This document shows, piece by piece, positions 59,179 through 64,000 of a stretch of DNA of 64,000 nucleotides. Under the pieces are notes generated by a model. The model was not told the DNA's origin. It saw only the letters and a program-made list of their open reading frames with translations, and searched no databases. The number at the start of each line of letters is the position of its first letter. Position 1 is the stretch's first letter. The DNA lies in contig SMSO01000031.1 in NCBI GenBank assembly GCA_004764695.1, forward strand, positions 968,436 to 1,032,435. Reading direction: 5' to 3'. The stretch comes from Schizochytrium sp. TIO01 (Eukaryota; Protista; Bigyra: Labyrinthulomycetes). A program made the position numbers and the translations under genes.

Positions 59179-62100
59179 TACCTGCGATTGAAGGATCCTG
59201 AATGCGGATCGGAATCGCGAACCCATGAACCGCGAATGAGAGATCCTGCAAACTGGGGAAAGACCAGAGACCTTGCTCGAGCAAGCGTGACCAGAGCTAG
59301 TTCGCAGCTTGGAAGGCAGCAAGCAGGCGGCCTCGCAGGCATGTTCCATGCGGATGTAGCGCTTCCTGAAGACACAGACAGGCTTGTTTGATCAGACGTC
59401 GATGGAATTTGCGAGCGCCGCGGCGCCTGAAACCCGCCTCGATCAGCGCAGGGGCATTCAAACCGGGAGCAAACTCAGACCCATTGCGACGGACGTACAC
59501 CACAGCCTGCAACAGAGCCTGCAGCAGCGAGGTTTACACGGACAGAGGCCCATACTTTAGTTGCGCTCGGGCATCGGCACCGCATTCCGTATTCGGGAGC
59601 GCAATTTGCGAAAGGAATACACGCCAAATCCGCGCCTTCTGCGGCCAATTTGTGGAGCAGCCTCGCAAAGCTAGCCAGCTCTGCCTGACGGCGTGGACGC
59701 TGCCGCGGTGCGGACAATGCACGGCCACGATTAAGCTTCCTGTCCTCGAGGACGATTCAGAAGGGATGGAGCATCTCGAGAGCGTCGCGTCGCGTCTCGA
59801 AGCAAGCTCGGCGATTCCAAGAACGAGCTTCTCGCAGAGACGCTTCTTCTGAGATCTTTAGAAGAGGAGTCGCTGCGCTGCCTGGTGGACTCATTCGTTT
59901 GCGCTGTCTCGCATCAATTTATCCATCGATTTATCCATCGGTCCATCGATCCATCAAGAGGCACACGGTTCCCCGAATGGATGAACCTTGTGCTGCCAAG
60001 TACATTCGTAGAGATTGGTTTACAGGCATGAGAGCACGACAGAGACCATGAAGACAGTCCGCGTGTATTGTGCGTGACAAAGGCTGCCGAAGCCAATGCA
60101 TTCGTGGCACTGGCGGTATCTTGAAAGCTCGATCTTCAAGAGCAGCTCTGACGTTGTGGTGCTCTTGAAGATCGAGCAAGTCTGACTTGGCTGCGGAAGA
60201 GCGAAATGGAATCGAAGAATGACGACCCCCATCGCCTGCTTGAGTATTGGAAAAAAGGGCTCCAAAAGAAAAGCATTGGCGGAAGAGGAATCTCGGCGTG
60301 AAGAAAGGGATGTTTGGGGGAGATATGATGTGACTGGTAAGTTGAGGACTTATTGGAGAAGAAGAAAGGGAAAACACACGAAGTACGACCGAAGCTCTGT
60401 CGTCCAAAGTTTTGGGATAAATAATAACATAAAATAGAGCGAAGAGATTGAACTATTCCGGTACCATATCAAGGTATAATCATGTATTTAATAAGAATAA
60501 AAATAAAAAGAGGCTGCTCTCCCCCCTTTTTAAAATTGTAATTATTTTAATTAGTTAATTAAAATTAAAAAAAGAGAGAACTTGGAAAAATAAAAGAAAA
60601 ACATAAACATATGCAATTGCACGCCTAAAGTAAATGTGACCCGGCGGTCAAAGGCGTCACTTTCGAAGCTCGATGGTGTCGAGGTTCACGAGAAACAAGC
60701 CAAGAGAGAAGTGATAACTATAGGTCAGTTGAACACGCAGCTTCGGACGCACTTACCTCAGGCTGCGCGCAGTAATGAGTGGGTGCAACTGACCTTCGTA
60801 GTACCAGAGAAAGAAAGAACGAACTCACTCTTGAGGGAAGGGGTGGGTACTTCAGGACGCTGAAAAGACATCATCTTCGTTTTAGCAACGCCAAGACCTG
60901 GTAGGACAGTAGCTCTAGGTAGGTTTGACGGTTTAAAAGGTAAGTAGTTCATGAGGACGGAGAAGGAGTGACCAGCTCGCACTCGTGCGGGATTTGATGT
61001 CCTTTCAGCAGTTGCAGATGGCGCTGGAATTGTCTAATTGAAACGAACGAAAAGGATTGGTTTTTAAAGGGTTGGCCAAAATCTATCACATTCCTAATTA
61101 ACTCATCTGCTAACATGATGGTCAAAGGGGATATTGATCAGCTTCAGGGTTCTTCTACGAGGTTACTCATTACTACCCAGGAAACCAATCGACATTGGCG
61201 AGCGCTCGTCCATCAAGCGAATCACTTCCAAAGAAGATGAAATCGATGGTTTGCTTTTGTCTCCATTCCAAGCACAGTGTAACCCAAACATAGAGTCGGT
61301 TAGTAGCCAGTAAACCTGTCTTGCTCTTTGAGAATGGACATGCTAGGAGTCGTTCCTTGTGATACAACGTCCAACCTCTCTAAATCTACAAAGAAGCTAT
61401 ATATGTCAAACAAATTAGTCTTCGGGGGGCACCAGACACAGTACACTCCCTATTTTTTTCTTTATATCCCCAAACACACTAATATGTTAAATAAGTTACA
61501 CGTTAGAGTAAAACTCCCCTCCCAAATAATAGTGTCGCCAAAAATATTTCACCATGTTCTATTCTGAATCCAGGAAGCCCCTGCAAACTCATAGGAAAGT
61601 ACAGGTAAGGCCAGAATTTCCAAATATGATAAGCTTATTAGGGGCAATTTTCGAGACAAACCAATCATTGATGTGAACTCAATATGTTTTGAGGCAGCTT
61701 TGCAAATGTTGCACAGATGCACGTTTTCTTTAACTATCTTGTTTGGGAAAGGTGTGGCTTATCTAACTAAGTTCTCCTTACTTACAAAGCTGGCATTGAA
61801 TTTTCAAAGGTTTCTACAACAGTCAAAATGTAGAGAACATATCAGTCTTCTAGTGCGAATCAGGAAATATTATCCTCTCTATAAAATTAAGACTTACGCC
61901 CGGTCCAGTAGCTGAGACAGACTATAGTTCGGAGTGTTGAAACTGCGTTGCCGTGTGGGCACCAAATGAATTATACATACTAACAGTGCCCCAGTACTCT
62001 CGTACTCCACAAAGAGTGCATTTAAAGCAAGAGATAATCTCTAAGATGTAACACATGGGAATCCCCAATCCTTTTCTCCATTAGTTTAGTCGACCACGCC

Positions 62101-62696
62101 TCAAATTCCCTCACTAACCCTAAAATCATCATAAAACTCAACGTCCTGGTAAAAATAGACCGCATCTTCATTTTATTCATTACAGCGTTGTTTTGATTCC
62201 GCGGACCTCGGACCTTCATGGCATTCTAAATCAAGTCTACTCACTACCATAAACGTGCCATTTCATCAGCTACTACGATACCTTTTGCTGCATTTGCTTC
62301 ATGTAAGCATCAGACATGGTATTAGGTATAATAGTCATGGTGTCGCTCTTATTCATACTGCTAAAAACCTTCTAATCTGAACCAAACAATAGTGAGAACT
62401 ACTAGTGGTAGCATATATGGAGAGTGAAAGGTGTGTGCCAAAGTGGTCACCCTTTACTTTACTATAGGCCTATAATATTCGTGGCGATGCGGCCGTACAT
62501 AAAAGAATCTAATGGCGGGTGGCGGCAAGCGACAGGTCGTGGGTCCAGAAGCGGAGTCGAGGGCGCTTGCAGAGCGTGGCGCTTAGACTCTGAGCTCAGT
62601 GTACGTCAGAGAGGACTCGAGGGAGGTCCTTTCTTGTTCGTACAGGATTCTTCTTAGTTTTATTGGTTTACGAGCGAGTTCCGCAACGAGATCGGC

Positions 62697-64000
62697 ATGA
62701 AGTTCAAGGCTCTAAGCCGCTCCGAGGTGGAGCACACCAGGGACCGTCGTGATGATGTCCTCAAAATGCAGCGCAACGCAGACCCTTCCTTGCATCCGTT
62801 TGAGCGTGCACGAGAGTACACCCGTGCTTTGAATGCTGTCAAGCTGCAAAAGATGTTTGCAAAGCCTCTTGTGGGCCAGCTTGAGGGCCACATGGATGGC
62901 ATCTGGTGCATGGCCACAAGCCCTCGCAGCATGCGGGCATTTGTGACAGGAGCTGCTGATGGCGAGGTTCGTGTTTGGGATTTGACATATCACAGATGCA
63001 TGTGGTCTACGCCGGCGCATGCAGGAATTGTTCGAGGCATTAGCGTCTCGCACGACGGAGACTACTTTTACTCCTGTGGAGATGACAAGACCATCAAGCG
63101 CTACAAACTCACTTCAGATGGCGCTGCAGCCAACGACATCGACGAGCTTGCGAACCTTGGAAACGAAAACGACGAAGACGATGATGAATACGACGACGAT
63201 GAGGGTTATGCTGATGAAGACGGCACGGCAATCGGCAAAGGCGGTAAAGGTAAACGCCAATCCAGGAGACCACGCCCTGGAGTGCTTCTCACTAGCGAGG
63301 AGCCACACTCAAACGTCGTTGAACCTGTGGCAACGTACACGAGTTCGCATCCTCTCCAGGGCGTTGACTGCCACTGGGGCGACAACAGGTTTGCTTCGTG
63401 TGGTGAGCAGGTGGATATCTGGGATAGTATTCGTCTTGAGCCTGTGCAGACCTTCTCTTGGGGTGCGGATTCCATTCGCTCTGTGAGGTTCAACCCTGCA
63501 GAGCGCAACCTTCTTGGATCCACCGGTTCCGACCGTAGCATTTGCCTTTACGATGTGCGTCAGAGCACTCCGTTGCGAAAGGTTGTCTTGGAAATGAAGT
63601 CCAATGCACTGGCCTGGAACCCGATGGAGCCCTTGAATTTCACATGCGCCAACGAAGACGGAAACCTCTACACATTTGACATGCGTAACCTGAAGAAGGC
63701 ACTCATCGTTCACCGTGATCACGTCGCTGCTGTGCAGGATGTGAAGTATTCACCAACCGGTCGTGAGTTTGTTACCGCTGGATACGATCGCACAGTCCGT
63801 CTCTTCAAAACTCAGAGCGGTAGATCGCACCAAATGTACCACGCCAAACGAATGCAGCGTGTATATGCGGCAGAGTTCTCACGAGATGGACGCTTTGTGC
63901 TCAGTGGCAGTGGAGACGCCAACATCCGCATTTGGAAGGCTGATGCCAGCAAACCGCTGGGCAAGGCACTTTCCCGCGAGCAGCAAGCTCGGGACTACAA
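62697..64000 (+). CDS. DCAF13: DDB1- and CUL4-associated factor 13 / Sof1 (SSU processome WD40 protein), 3'-partial
   Basis: Absent from the ORF track because no stop occurs before the window end. Translates as MKFKALSRS...RNADPSLHPFERAREYTRALNAVKLQKMFAKPLVGQLEGHMDG..., FSWGADSIRSVRFNPAE, WNPMEPLNF, YHAKRMQRV, all hallmark Sof1/DCAF13 motifs. Confidence 0.95.
   Translation, partial: MKFKALSRSEVEHTRDRRDDVLKMQRNADPSLHPFERAREYTRALNAVKLQKMFAKPLVGQLEGHMDGIWCMATSPRSMRAFVTGAADGEVRVWDLTYHRCMWSTPAHAGIVRGISVSHDGDYFYSCGDDKTIKRYKLTSDGAAANDIDELANLGNENDEDDDEYDDDEGYADEDGTAIGKGGKGKRQSRRPRPGVLLTSEEPHSNVVEPVATYTSSHPLQGVDCHWGDNRFASCGEQVDIWDSIRLEPVQTFSWGADSIRSVRFNPAERNLLGSTGSDRSICLYDVRQSTPLRKVVLEMKSNALAWNPMEPLNFTCANEDGNLYTFDMRNLKKALIVHRDHVAAVQDVKYSPTGREFVTAGYDRTVRLFKTQSGRSHQMYHAKRMQRVYAAEFSRDGRFVLSGSGDANIRIWKADASKPLGKALSREQQARDY

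Overview
Eukaryotic (protist) genomic DNA with mostly single-exon housekeeping genes separated by microsatellite-rich spacers. Gene content and TTAGG tracts suggest a thraustochytrid/labyrinthulomycete stramenopile (inference only). Genes in order: sterol desaturase/fatty-acid-hydroxylase family protein, cycloartenol-type oxidosqualene cyclase, a low-complexity hypothetical protein, a class C GPCR, a GON4L/DUO3-like SANT protein, ITPA, a 24-exon LRR-kinase-RING gene, MRNIP-like, ECHDC1-like, a Kelch+TPR protein, a multi-TM protein, an ABCB half-transporter, an ADAM metalloprotease broken by three single-base frameshifts, and DCAF13/SOF1 running off the right edge. The standout is the gene at 26425-37126, which the ORF track shows only as fragments. 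Manual splicing gives a ~1612-aa protein. Its N-terminal half is 21 symmetric phase-2, 84-nt exons, each one 28-aa LRR. Seventeen of these sit in a ~6-kb tandem array of near-identical exon+intron units that are mosaics of a few haplotypes, with the most divergent amino-acid changes around the splice junction, in the predicted ligand-binding beta-strand. The array is fused to a helical region, an atypical kinase and a RING1 + Rcat-like ubiquitin-ligase module, making it a candidate diversifying intracellular (immune-like) receptor.
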